This document shows positions 35,738-44,713 of a DNA stretch of 64,000 nt, in pieces. How positions within the stretch are numbered: position 1 is the first letter of the stretch; each line of letters opens with the position of its first letter. The position numbers and the translations under genes are program-made. The notes below the pieces were generated by a model that saw nothing but the letters and a program-made list of their open reading frames with translations, was not told where the DNA came from and did no database searches. This DNA comes from an uncultured Gemmatimonadales bacterium (lineage in GTDB: Bacteria > Gemmatimonadota > Gemmatimonadetes > Longimicrobiales > RSA9): the NCBI GenBank assembly GCA_963816355.1, contig CAWFKH010000003.1, forward strand, positions 320,001 through 384,000. Reading direction: 5' to 3'.

Positions 35738-36366
35738 GGCGCCGCGCCCCGCGCGACGCGCTCAGCCCGCTCCCGGTCCTCGGGCGTGTTCACGTTCAGG
35801 AAGGCGGTCGCCGGGTCCGTCATGGTGCGCACATCGTCCAGCGGGATGCGGGCGACGCGAACGTCGTCCCAGAAGCCGATCACGCGGCGATCGCCGCGCT
35901 CGAGCGCCTCGATGATCGCGTCGTGGCAGCGCGCGGCGTACCAGGCACAGAGGGGCTCGACGCCTCGCCGCCCTTCGCTCTCGGGGGTCACGACGTCCGG
36001 CGGCGCGGGCTCACCGGCGCGCGCGACCTCGAGCAGGCGGCGCAGCAGCGGCACGGAGAGGAACGGCATGTCGCACGCCGCGATCAGAGCCCCCGCGCGG
36101 CCGCGCTCGCCGGCCCAACGCGCGGCCGTCAGGATCCCCCCGAGCACGCCGGCGCCCGGGCGCGCGTCCGCGCGGATCTCCAGACCCAGCGACGCGTACA
36201 GCTCCGGCTCGTTCGCCACCACCACGACATCGCCCACCGCCTCGGCGAGCGCCTCCACGACGCGCTCGACGATCGGCCTTCCCGCCACCGTGGCGAGCGC
36301 TTTCGGCGCGCCGTAGCGCCGGCTGAGGCCGCCGGCGAGCACCACCCCGATCGAGCCGGCGTTCAC
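35734..36366 (-). CDS. mobA: molybdenum cofactor guanylyltransferase
   Basis: VVLAGGLSRRYGAPKA, GVLGGI, ACDMPFL, EPLCAWY, FLNVNTPED. Confidence 0.93.
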   Translation of the reverse strand: MNAGSIGVVLAGGLSRRYGAPKALATVAGRPIVERVVEALAEAVGDVVVVANEPELYASLGLEIRADARPGAGVLGGILTAARWAGERGRAGALIAACDMPFLSVPLLRRLLEVARAGEPAPPDVVTPESEGRRGVEPLCAWYAARCHDAIIEALERGDRRVIGFWDDVRVARIPLDDVRTMTDPATAFLNVNTPEDRERAERVARGAAP

Positions 36367-37076
36367 GGCGCGAACAGCCGGGCTCCGGCGCCCGCGGCGC
36401 GGGCGAGGATCGGCACCCCGGCCACCGCCGCGACGCGCAGCGCGAGCGTCGTCGGAACGGAGCGGCTCGCGATCCAGGCGAGTCGCGCGCGCCCCGCCTT
36501 CACGGCGAGCGCTCCGCTCACCCGCGACGAGAGGAAGAGTCCGAACCGCGAAAGGTCCAGCTCGGCGCGCCACGCGGCGCCGATCACGCGGTCCGCCGCA
36601 TTGTGGCGGCCCACGTCCTCGGCGCACGCGACGATGCGGTTTCCCGCGTCGACGAGCGCCGCGACGTGGACGCCGCCTCCGAAGTTGAAGCGCTCGGCGT
36701 CGGCGTACATCGCGCGGAGCAGCTCGGCGGCGGTGGCGGCGTCGGGCGGCGGGACGCGACCGCCTCCGAGGCGCTCCGGCTCGCAGTCGAGGAAGTGCCG
36801 AGGGCCGCACCCCGTCTCGCTCCCGTGGCGCAGCCGCGCCTCGAGTCGCTCCGCCGCTTCGCCTGCCAGCGCCACGCGAACCGTCCACACGTCGCCGTCG
36901 GCGGAGAGGGAGGCGCGCGAGAGGTCGGCGGGCGCGTCGACCAGGCCATCGGCGAGCAGCCGGCCGGCGGCGAGGTCGTCGAGACGATACGGCGTCGCCG
37001 TCGACGCCGCGACGAGGCGTCCGTTCGCCTCGATGCGGACGGCGGCTTCCTCGACCGGCTCGTTGCCCTTGCTCAT
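36363..37076 (-). CDS. fdhD: formate dehydrogenase accessory sulfurtransferase
   Basis: PVEEAAVRIEANG, TP..LDDLAAG.L..DG, TGCG, GGVHVAAL, EDVGRHNA.D..IG, SSRVS, SVPTTLA. Confidence 0.88.
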   Translation of the reverse strand: MSKGNEPVEEAAVRIEANGRLVAASTATPYRLDDLAAGRLLADGLVDAPADLSRASLSADGDVWTVRVALAGEAAERLEARLRHGSETGCGPRHFLDCEPERLGGGRVPPPDAATAAELLRAMYADAERFNFGGGVHVAALVDAGNRIVACAEDVGRHNAADRVIGAAWRAELDLSRFGLFLSSRVSGALAVKAGRARLAWIASRSVPTTLALRVAAVAGVPILARAAGAGARLFAP

Positions 37077-38224
37077 CCCGCCTCGCTGCTTGCAGGGTCT
37101 GCGCCGGGCGTACCCACGGCGTCCGCGGCGAAGGCGTGCAGCGCCGTCGCCTTGAGGCGCGCCGTCACCTCCGCCCCCACGCGGAGCCCGAGCGCGTCGG
37201 CGCTCCCGCGCGTGACGAGTGCGGCCAGCTCGATCTCCCCGTCGAGACGGACGCGTACCAGGCCCGCAGCCGGCGTGAGGCCGGTGACGCGGAGGCGGAA
37301 GCGGTTGCGCGCGCTGGTCAGGGCGTCGTCGCTCGCCGGCGCGAGGACCACGTCCTCCGGGCGGTAAGCGACGTGCGCCGCGCCGCCCGGTGCGCTCCAC
37401 GCGGGCGGTTCCGGCGGCAGGGCGAGCAGCACGCCCCCACCCCCGGTTCGCACCGCGGCCAGGCCGTCCTCCTCGCCGACGACCGTGCCGTCGAGGACGA
37501 GCTCCGCGCCCGTCATCGCGGCGACGAACGGCGTCGCCGGCCGCAGCACCAGCTCCTCCGGCGTCGCGGTCTGCACGATCCGGCCCGCCTCCATGACGGC
37601 GATGCGGTCCGCGAGCGCGAGGGCGTCGCCCGGGTCGTGGGTGATCAGCAGGACGGCACCGGCGTGCGCGCGCCCGAGACGCTCCAACTCGCCCCGGAAG
37701 CGCCGCCGCTGCGTGACGTCGAGGTTGGACGTCGGTTCGTCGAGCAGGAGGACGTCCGGCCGCAGCACCAGCGCGCGGGCGAGCGCGACCCGCTGGGCTT
37801 CGCCGCCCGAGAGCGCACGGGAGGAATCGCCGCCGCGGCCGGCGAGGCCGACCTCTTCGAGCGCGGCGGTGAGGCGCGCGCGGCGCTCCGCGCCGGAGAC
37901 GCCGCGTACGCGCAGGCCGTAGCCCACGTTCGCCGCGACCGTTCCCGCGAAGAGGAGCGGCGCCTGGAAGACGCCGGCGAGGCGCCGCCGCGCGACGCGG
38001 TCGGCGGGACCCACGGCGCGGCCGTCCAGCTCGACCGTCCCGGCGTCCGGCCGCTCGACGAGCAGGAGCATCCGGAAGAGTGTCGACTTGCCGGCGCCGT
38101 TCGGCCCGAGCACCGCCACCACCTCGCCGCGGCCGAGGCTCAGCTCCTCGACGTCGACGACGACGCGGCCGCCGTAGCGCCTGCGCAGGCCGCGCGCGCG
38201 CAGCAGCGGCGTCGTCGCGCTCAC
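37073..38224 (-). CDS. tupC: tungstate/molybdate ABC transporter ATP-binding subunit with TOBE domains
   Basis: GPNGAGKST, LSGGEAQR, LLLDEPT, ITHD, TSARNRF, LKATAL. Confidence 0.88.
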   Translation of the reverse strand: MSATTPLLRARGLRRRYGGRVVVDVEELSLGRGEVVAVLGPNGAGKSTLFRMLLLVERPDAGTVELDGRAVGPADRVARRRLAGVFQAPLLFAGTVAANVGYGLRVRGVSGAERRARLTAALEEVGLAGRGGDSSRALSGGEAQRVALARALVLRPDVLLLDEPTSNLDVTQRRRFRGELERLGRAHAGAVLLITHDPGDALALADRIAVMEAGRIVQTATPEELVLRPATPFVAAMTGAELVLDGTVVGEEDGLAAVRTGGGGVLLALPPEPPAWSAPGGAAHVAYRPEDVVLAPASDDALTSARNRFRLRVTGLTPAAGLVRVRLDGEIELAALVTRGSADALGLRVGAEVTARLKATALHAFAADAVGTPGADPASSEAG

Positions 38225-38943
38225 AGCCACGGCCGCTCGGGCGCGAGCGCCGCGTGCCGGTCGTGCTGCGCGCGCGTGAAGAGGACGTTCGCCACGAACG
38301 CGATCAGCAGCAGCAGGACGCCGAGCGCCACCGCGGGGCCGAAGTTGCCGCGTCGCGTCTCGAGGACGATCGCGGTGGTCATGACGCGCGTTTCGCCCTC
38401 GATGTTGCCGCCCACCATCAGGACGGCGCCGACCTCGGACGTGACGGCGCCGAAGCCGGCGACGACGGCGGAGAGGAGGCCGAAGCGTGCCTCCCGGAGG
38501 TGGGTGGCGAGGGCGCGCGGGGGGGAAGCGCCGAGGGCGCGCGCCTGGAGCCAGAGATCGCGCGGCACCGCCTGCACGGCGGCGAGCGAGATGCCGGCCA
38601 CGTACGGGGCGGCGAGGATCGCCTGCGCGATCACCATCGCGGCGGGCGTGAAGAGCAGGCCGAGGCCACCGAGCGGGCCGGATCGCGAGAGCAGGAGATA
38701 GACGAAGAGACCGACGACGACCGGCGGCAGCGCGAAGCCGGTGTGGATGAGCGCGATCGCGAGTCCGCGGCCGCGGAACCGGCCGACGGCGGTGGCGATG
38801 CCGACCGGCATCCCCACGATCGTCCCGATCAGGAGTCCAGCGGCGGAGACGCGCAGCGTGAGGGCGACGATCTGCCAGAGGTAGGCGCCGCCGCCGAAGA
38901 TCTGTCGGAGCGCGTCGCCGGCCGCGTCGCCGATGAGGTGCAC
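38221..38943 (-). CDS. tupB: tungstate/molybdate ABC transporter permease
   Basis: LPPVVVGLFVYLLLSRSGPLG, LFTPAAMVIAQ, SEVGAVLMVGGNIEGETRVMTTAIVLET. Confidence 0.93.
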   Translation of the reverse strand: MHLIGDAAGDALRQIFGGGAYLWQIVALTLRVSAAGLLIGTIVGMPVGIATAVGRFRGRGLAIALIHTGFALPPVVVGLFVYLLLSRSGPLGGLGLLFTPAAMVIAQAILAAPYVAGISLAAVQAVPRDLWLQARALGASPPRALATHLREARFGLLSAVVAGFGAVTSEVGAVLMVGGNIEGETRVMTTAIVLETRRGNFGPAVALGVLLLLIAFVANVLFTRAQHDRHAALAPERPWL

Positions 38944-38952
38944 GGTCCCCGT

Positions 38953-39774
38953 TCAGGGGTCCGGGTAGAAGAGCGGCTGCCCGAGACGGTCGCGGCCGAA
39001 GCCCTCGATCAGGCGGCGCGCGGCCGGTGAGACGATCCACGCGGCGAAGGCCGCGGCGGCTTCCGGGTGCGACGCCCCGGCGACGCGCGTCACGCCGTAG
39101 ACGTTGCGCAGGCGCGAGTCGCCTTCCGCCAGGAGCCGCAGGGACGGCGCCTGCGCCAGCCACGTGGGACGGTCGCTCAGGATGTAGGCGCCGCGCTCCA
39201 CCGCGATGCGCAGCGCCGCCCCCATGCCGTTTCCCGAATCGATGTACCACGAACCGGCTTCGCGGGGGAACGTGTCCGGATCGAACCCCGCGGCGCGCCA
39301 CAGCTGCAGCTCGCGGCGGTTCGTGCCGCTATCGTCGCCGCGGGAGACGAACGGCGCGCGCGCGGCGGCGATCCGAGACAGGGCGTCCACCGCGTCGGAG
39401 TCGCCTGCGATGGCGGCGGGGTCGGACGCCGGACCCACGATCACGAACGCGTCGTGCATCACCGGTGAGCGGGAGACCGCGGCGCCGTCCATCACCATCT
39501 TCGCCTCGGCCACCGAATCGTGGCTCAGGATCACGTCGACGTCCTTGCGCCGGCCCAGCTGCAGCACCTCGCCGGTGCCACCCGTGATCAGCCGGATCCG
39601 GTATTCGGGACGAGCGGCTTCGAACGCGCTGTCCAGCGCCGCCAGGATGCCGGAATCCTCGAGCGTGGTCGTGGCCGCGAGATTCAGCGGGGCGCCCCCC
39701 CCGCGCTGGCCGGCGGAGCAGCCGGCCGTGGCGATCGCCGCGGCGAGCAGGAGCGGCGTCGCGCCGAGTCTCAA
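38953..39774 (-). CDS. tupA: tungstate/molybdate ABC transporter substrate-binding lipoprotein
   Basis: Lipobox TAGC; ATTTLEDSGIL, GTGEVL, FVSRGDDSGT, GMG, YILSDR.TW, L.NVYGV. Confidence 0.9.
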   Translation of the reverse strand: MRLGATPLLLAAAIATAGCSAGQRGGGAPLNLAATTTLEDSGILAALDSAFEAARPEYRIRLITGGTGEVLQLGRRKDVDVILSHDSVAEAKMVMDGAAVSRSPVMHDAFVIVGPASDPAAIAGDSDAVDALSRIAAARAPFVSRGDDSGTNRRELQLWRAAGFDPDTFPREAGSWYIDSGNGMGAALRIAVERGAYILSDRPTWLAQAPSLRLLAEGDSRLRNVYGVTRVAGASHPEAAAAFAAWIVSPAARRLIEGFGRDRLGQPLFYPDP

Positions 39775-40259
39775 TGCTGCTCCCTGGAGCGCGATCCGAA
39801 CTGAGGCGCCCGCTCCGGCGCCGTGTAGCTCTCGCCGCGCTCGAGCGCCTTCTGGAGGTCGTGGGTGCCGTGCAGCTCGCCCTCAGGGTCCGGGCGCAGG
39901 TGCGCCGCCGACGGCTCGCCGCGGGTCCCGTCGCCGCCCAGATCGTCGCGCGCCTCCGCGGCTTCGGCGGCGGCGTCGTCGGCCGCCTCCGCCCTCTCGG
40001 TGCGCACCGATTCGTCCACGACGACGCCGTTGTCGACGCCGACGAGCCCGAGCTCGTCCTCCAGGATCTCGTCGAGCCGCTGCAGCTCCTGCTCCGTGCC
40101 GACCCGGCCCGTGAGCTGGACGGCGTGATCCTCGACCACGATCTCGACGAAGTCCGTGTTCACATCCTCGGCTTCGGCGAGCTTCTCCTCGATCAGCTCG
40201 AGCAGCTCGGCGTCGTCGAGGTCCTCCGTGTCGTAAATGCCTTCAAAGTCCTCAGCCAT
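39771..40259 (-). CDS. acidic BON-domain protein
   Basis: DDAELLELIEEKL...VEIVVEDHAVQLTGRVGT...VDNGVVV; AGGAG RBS; no signal peptide. Confidence 0.75.
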   Translation of the reverse strand: MAEDFEGIYDTEDLDDAELLELIEEKLAEAEDVNTDFVEIVVEDHAVQLTGRVGTEQELQRLDEILEDELGLVGVDNGVVVDESVRTERAEAADDAAAEAAEARDDLGGDGTRGEPSAAHLRPDPEGELHGTHDLQKALERGESYTAPERAPQFGSRSREQH

Positions 40260-40316
40260 TCGGTCGTCTCCTGCGCGGCGGCGATGCGCGCGCACTGCGG
40301 CGGCCGGCGGCGCGGC

Positions 40317-41006
40317 TCAGAACCGGTACGTCAGGCCGACCGATACGCCGAAGTGGGAAAGCCACTCGGTCGCCGGTACGTCCGACGAAGCGGTCAGGAA
40401 GCCGGCCGGCGTCTTGACCCGCCACAGGTAGTTGCGCGCATCGACCCTGATTCCCAGGCTCGGCGATGGGATCCACTCGATCCCCGCGCCCAGGTTCGCG
40501 GCGAATCTCGTGCCGGGACGGTACTGCAGCGTCGGATCCACCTCGACGTCCGGGGTCGAGGTCTTCGCCCGTACGACCGCGCCGACGCCCGCCGCGAAGT
40601 ACGGCAGCAGCCGGTGGAACGTGCGCGGACCGGTGAGGTCGAAGCGAAGGCCCGCGTTCACGACCGCGAGGGTGACGTCCTCCGATCCCGCGGCGAAGGG
40701 CGCCGTGGCGCCGTCCTGCGTCGTCGTGTCGACCACGGCCCGGCTGGTCGGCATCGCGAACGCGTCCGCTTCGAAGTTGAACGGCCCCGTCAGGCGGATG
40801 GCGTAGCGCACGCCGAAGATCGGTGCGGCTTCCACGCCGAGGCCCGGTCCCACGTGACCCGTCTCGCTGCCCAGGTATCCCGCGAAGACCGCCAGTTCCT
40901 GGCTGCGGTCCAGGAACGCGTACGGCGTGGTGATCCGCTGCGCGGCGGCAGGCCCCGCGATGGCGATCATCGTGAGCGCGAGTGCGACAGTGGCGGTGCG
41001 GCGCAT
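40317..41006 (-). CDS. outer membrane beta-barrel protein
   Basis: Signal peptide, alternating beta strands, PYFAAGVG, C-terminal VSVGLTYRF. Confidence 0.8.
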   Translation of the reverse strand: MRRTATVALALTMIAIAGPAAAQRITTPYAFLDRSQELAVFAGYLGSETGHVGPGLGVEAAPIFGVRYAIRLTGPFNFEADAFAMPTSRAVVDTTTQDGATAPFAAGSEDVTLAVVNAGLRFDLTGPRTFHRLLPYFAAGVGAVVRAKTSTPDVEVDPTLQYRPGTRFAANLGAGIEWIPSPSLGIRVDARNYLWRVKTPAGFLTASSDVPATEWLSHFGVSVGLTYRF

Positions 41007-41051
41007 GGCGTCCATTGGCACGAGTCGGGGCCCTCCGGCGAATCCGGCTCG

Positions 41052-41081
41052 AAGCTAAGACGGGGCGAGAAAAGCGCGCAA
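41052..41081 (-). promoter_or_regulatory. putative sigma70 promoter for the OMP gene (possibly the whole minus-strand run)
   Basis: TTGCGC-N18-TAGCTT on the minus strand. Confidence 0.55.
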
Positions 41082-41096
41082 GCGAGCGCGCCGTTG

Positions 41097-41132
41097 TTGA
41101 CACGGTCGGCGGACACCGCCTACGATCGCCCC
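41097..41132 (+). promoter_or_regulatory. sigma70 promoter for a leaderless mRNA
   Basis: TTGACA-N18-TACGAT-N6-ATG, no SD. Confidence 0.7.
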
Positions 41133-42218
41133 ATGCTCGCTCGCCTTCTCGCCGTCGCGCTGCTCGCCGCGGCACCTCTCCGCGCGCAGGTGCGCGTCTC
41201 CGCGGAGCGGGAGAACCTGCGCGACGCGCCCGCGGGCGACATCCTGGGCGTCGTCCTCCGCGGCACCGCGCTCGGCGCGGGCGAGGCGCGCGGCGGCTGG
41301 CGCGCCGTCACGCTCGAGGGCTGGATCTGGACGCCTTCGGTGGCCGCCGTCGGTGCGGCCGGCGCGGAAGTCGCCGTCGCCGTGCCCGGCGGCGAGAACC
41401 TGCGCAGCGCGCCCGGAGGCGACGTCGTCGCGACGATCGCGGTCGGCACGCGCCTCACCGTGCTGGGGCGCAGCGAACGCTGGATCCGGGTGCGGCGGTC
41501 CGGCTGGATGTGGCGCGCGTCGCTCGCCGCGGCGGGGCGGCCGGCGGGCGCGGCGTCGGGGGAAGGCGCGCGGCCCGCGTCCGCTCCGTCCGGCGCGGCG
41601 GCCGGGGCGCGCGCGGACCCGGCGGCGGGCGGCGGTGCGGCGTCGGAGCAGGCGGCGGCGGCGCGCGCGGATTCGGTGGCGACGGCCATGCCGGCGGTGT
41701 CGCCCGGCGGTGTGGCGAGGGTCGCCGCGGGGCTCGCGGGGGCGGCGATCCTGGCGGCGCCGGGGGCGGACACGATCGCGCGCCTGGAACCGCTCGGCCG
41801 CGTGCAGGTGCTCGAGGAGAGGGAGGGCTGGTCGCGCGTGCGGGTGGAGGGGTGGGTGCCAACGGCGCGCCTGGCGGCGGCCGGGGACACGAGCGTGGTG
41901 CTCGGCGACGAGGCCGCCGCGATCCTCGGCAGGGATCCGAGCGCGCTGCGCGGGCGCCGGGTGGAATGGCATCTGAGGTTCCTGCGCCTGCAGCGGGCGG
42001 ACTCTCTCCGCGCGGACTTCCAGCCCGGCCAGCCGTTTCTGCTCGCGACGGGCCCCGGCGCCTCGAACGGCCTGGTGTACGTCGGTGTGCCGCCGAGGCT
42101 GCTGCGCCGCGTACGGGCGCTCCGGCCGCTGGAGAGCTTCGTCGCGCTCGCCCGCGTCCGTGAGCCGCGCTCGCGGCAGACCGGCGTGCCCGTCCTCGAT
42201 CTGCTCGACTTCCGCTGA
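41133..42218 (+). CDS. secreted multi-SH3b-domain protein
   Basis: Signal peptide; repeated ENLR.APG...G...W..V...GW.W and EREGWSRVRVEGWVP units. Confidence 0.75.
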   Translation: MLARLLAVALLAAAPLRAQVRVSAERENLRDAPAGDILGVVLRGTALGAGEARGGWRAVTLEGWIWTPSVAAVGAAGAEVAVAVPGGENLRSAPGGDVVATIAVGTRLTVLGRSERWIRVRRSGWMWRASLAAAGRPAGAASGEGARPASAPSGAAAGARADPAAGGGAASEQAAAARADSVATAMPAVSPGGVARVAAGLAGAAILAAPGADTIARLEPLGRVQVLEEREGWSRVRVEGWVPTARLAAAGDTSVVLGDEAAAILGRDPSALRGRRVEWHLRFLRLQRADSLRADFQPGQPFLLATGPGASNGLVYVGVPPRLLRRVRALRPLESFVALARVREPRSRQTGVPVLDLLDFR

Positions 42219-42430
42219 GCGCGACCGGCGGCAGGGGCCCCGCGGCGCGCCCGGGTGCGGGGCGGCGAGCGGCGGCCACCGGTGGGGGAACCGAACGCGT
42301 CGAACGACGGATTTCAGCGGAACCGCTCCAGCGGGTACGAGGTAGTAGGTGCGGTCGGCTCCGGGTTTGCCGCCGAGCCGCGACAGCGCGCCGGGACGGG
42401 CGTGCATCCGCAAGACTGCGAGGAATCCCG

Positions 42431-44674
42431 ATGCGCTCGAAAAGACCGGCGGCCTGGATCGCGCTCGCCCTCGTGGTGCCCCTCGCGGCCGCGGCGTGCG
42501 GCGACGGCGGCACCACGCCCCCGGCGCCGAAGCACTACGACATCGCGATCGAGGGCGGCGACGCGCAGTTCGGCCTGGCCGGGACCGAGCTCGCGCAGCC
42601 GCTCCAGGTGGTCGTCTCCGACCCGCAGACCGCGCTGCCGCAGAAGGGCGTCACGGTGAGCTGGAGCGTGAGCGCGGGCGATGGCGCGTCCGTCGACCCC
42701 ACCACCTCCGTGACCGACTCCACCGGCGTCGCATCCACGAGTCTCACGCTCGGCCCCTCTCCGGGCCAGTACGTCGTGCGGGCGGACATCCCTTCGGGCG
42801 TCGTGACGCCCGTCGAGTTCGACGTGACCGCGCTCGCGCAGGCGCCCACGATCACGTCGATCTCGCCCCAGACGCCCTCGGCGGGAGACACGGTCACGAT
42901 CACCGGCGAGAACTTCTTCGGTGGCGCCAGCGACCTGCAGGTGCTCTTCGACGGCTTCTCCGGCCTGGTCGTGTCCGCCACTAGCACCCAGATCCGCGCG
43001 GTGATCCCGCCGTGTCTGCCAGGGCGCACCGTTCAGGTGTCGGTGGCGATCGGCTCCGTCGCCGGTCCGGCCACCTCGCTCGACGTCGTGAGCGCCGGCG
43101 TCGCGGTTCTCCAGCTCCCCGTCGGCGGCGTGATCAGCGCGGCGGGGGAGCAGGACGTGGCGTGCCTCCGCATCGATCCGCAGCTCTCCGGCACGCGCTT
43201 CCTGGTCGCGATCCAGAACGCGACCGCGGTCGCGGGCGCGTCGATGCCGTTCCACTTCACGGCGCTGGCGGGAGCCGGCGTCGTCGCCTCGCTCGCGCCG
43301 CGCGGTGGCGCCTTCGACCTGCAGGCGACGACGGCGCTCACGGGCATGGCGCGGCGGCCGGCGCCGCCGTCCCCGCAGATCGCGTGGGAGATGCGGATCC
43401 GCCAGCGCGAGCGGAACGAGCTGCGGCCGCAGGACTTCATCCGCGGACGGCGCCCGGCCGTCGCGGGCGACGTCGTCGCCGCGGTGCCGAGCGTCGGTGA
43501 CCAGAAGGACTTCCAGGTGGTCAACAAGGACAATCAGTTCACCAAGGTGAGCGCCGTGGTGAAGTTCGTGGGCGCCCACGGCGTCATCTATCAGGACGTC
43601 AACGCCCCGGCGAACGGCTTCACCACCACGCAGTTCCAGCATTTCTCGGAGTTGTTCGACGACCCGATCTACGACACCGACGTCGCCACCTACGGCGCGC
43701 CCTCCGACATCGACGGCAACGAGCACGTCGACATCCTCTTCACGCCGGTGGTGAACGAGCTGACGCCGAAGGGCAGCAACGGCTTCGTCGCCGGGTTCTT
43801 CTACGGCAACGACCTCAGCACGAACCAGGGCAGCAACCGCGGCGAGATCTTCTACAGCCTGGTGCCGGATCCGACCGGCAAGTTCGGCGACGTGCGCTCC
43901 ACGAGCGACATCTTCGAAGTGGTGCCGCCCACGCTCGCCCACGAGTTCATGCACATGATCCACTACAACCAGCGCGTCCTGATCCGCGGCGGCTTCGGCC
44001 TCGACGCGCTGTGGCTCTCCGAGGGCCTCGCGCACACCGCCGAGGACGTGGTCGGCCAGGTGTTCGCCGACCGCGGCGACCTGGCCAACGCCGACGAGTT
44101 CCAGAGCTCCAACTACGCTCGGGCCTACTACTATCTCGGCAGCTTCAGCCAGTCCCCGGACCACACCTACGATGTGAGCCTCCTGGCCGAGGACGGCTTC
44201 GGCTCGCTCGAGCAGCGCGGCGCCGCGTGGCTCATGCTGAAATACCTGCGGGGGCTCTACGGCGACGGCCTCCTCAAGCAACTCGTGCAGACCACGCTCA
44301 GCAGCGCCGACAACATCTCGAGCCATACCGGACAGTCGTGGCAGTCGATCTTCAACGACTGGTCCGTGGCCCTGTACGCCGACAACGATCCGGAGCTCAG
44401 CGGCGCCAACATCCCCGCCAGATACCAGTTCGCCAAGATCGACCTGCGCAAGACGATTTTCTCCTCCAGCCGGGGCGGCTTCGCGCTCCAGCCGGAGCAG
44501 CACGGCTTCGTCGACTTCGACATCGCGGATACGCTGCCGGCCGCGAGCCCGTTCTTCCTCATCCTCGACGCCGGCGCGTCCACGGACCCGCTGAACCTCA
44601 ACCTCGCGCCCCGCTTCGGCTCGAAGTTCGGCGGCGACAGCCGCGCCCAGATCGCGATCCTGCGCCTGCGCTGA
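42431..44674 (+). CDS. lipoprotein with Ig-like and IPT/TIG domains and an HEXXH metallopeptidase domain (M30-like)
   Basis: Lipobox AAAC; GGDAQFG...TDSTGVA; PTITSISP..GDTVTITGENF; SDIDGN, AGFF, TLAHEFMHMI, WLSEGLA. Confidence 0.82.
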   Translation: MRSKRPAAWIALALVVPLAAAACGDGGTTPPAPKHYDIAIEGGDAQFGLAGTELAQPLQVVVSDPQTALPQKGVTVSWSVSAGDGASVDPTTSVTDSTGVASTSLTLGPSPGQYVVRADIPSGVVTPVEFDVTALAQAPTITSISPQTPSAGDTVTITGENFFGGASDLQVLFDGFSGLVVSATSTQIRAVIPPCLPGRTVQVSVAIGSVAGPATSLDVVSAGVAVLQLPVGGVISAAGEQDVACLRIDPQLSGTRFLVAIQNATAVAGASMPFHFTALAGAGVVASLAPRGGAFDLQATTALTGMARRPAPPSPQIAWEMRIRQRERNELRPQDFIRGRRPAVAGDVVAAVPSVGDQKDFQVVNKDNQFTKVSAVVKFVGAHGVIYQDVNAPANGFTTTQFQHFSELFDDPIYDTDVATYGAPSDIDGNEHVDILFTPVVNELTPKGSNGFVAGFFYGNDLSTNQGSNRGEIFYSLVPDPTGKFGDVRSTSDIFEVVPPTLAHEFMHMIHYNQRVLIRGGFGLDALWLSEGLAHTAEDVVGQVFADRGDLANADEFQSSNYARAYYYLGSFSQSPDHTYDVSLLAEDGFGSLEQRGAAWLMLKYLRGLYGDGLLKQLVQTTLSSADNISSHTGQSWQSIFNDWSVALYADNDPELSGANIPARYQFAKIDLRKTIFSSSRGGFALQPEQHGFVDFDIADTLPAASPFFLILDAGASTDPLNLNLAPRFGSKFGGDSRAQIAILRLR

Positions 44675-44713
44675 CGACGGACTGCGGTCGTCTGCGCGGA
44701 CGTCCGACCGCGC

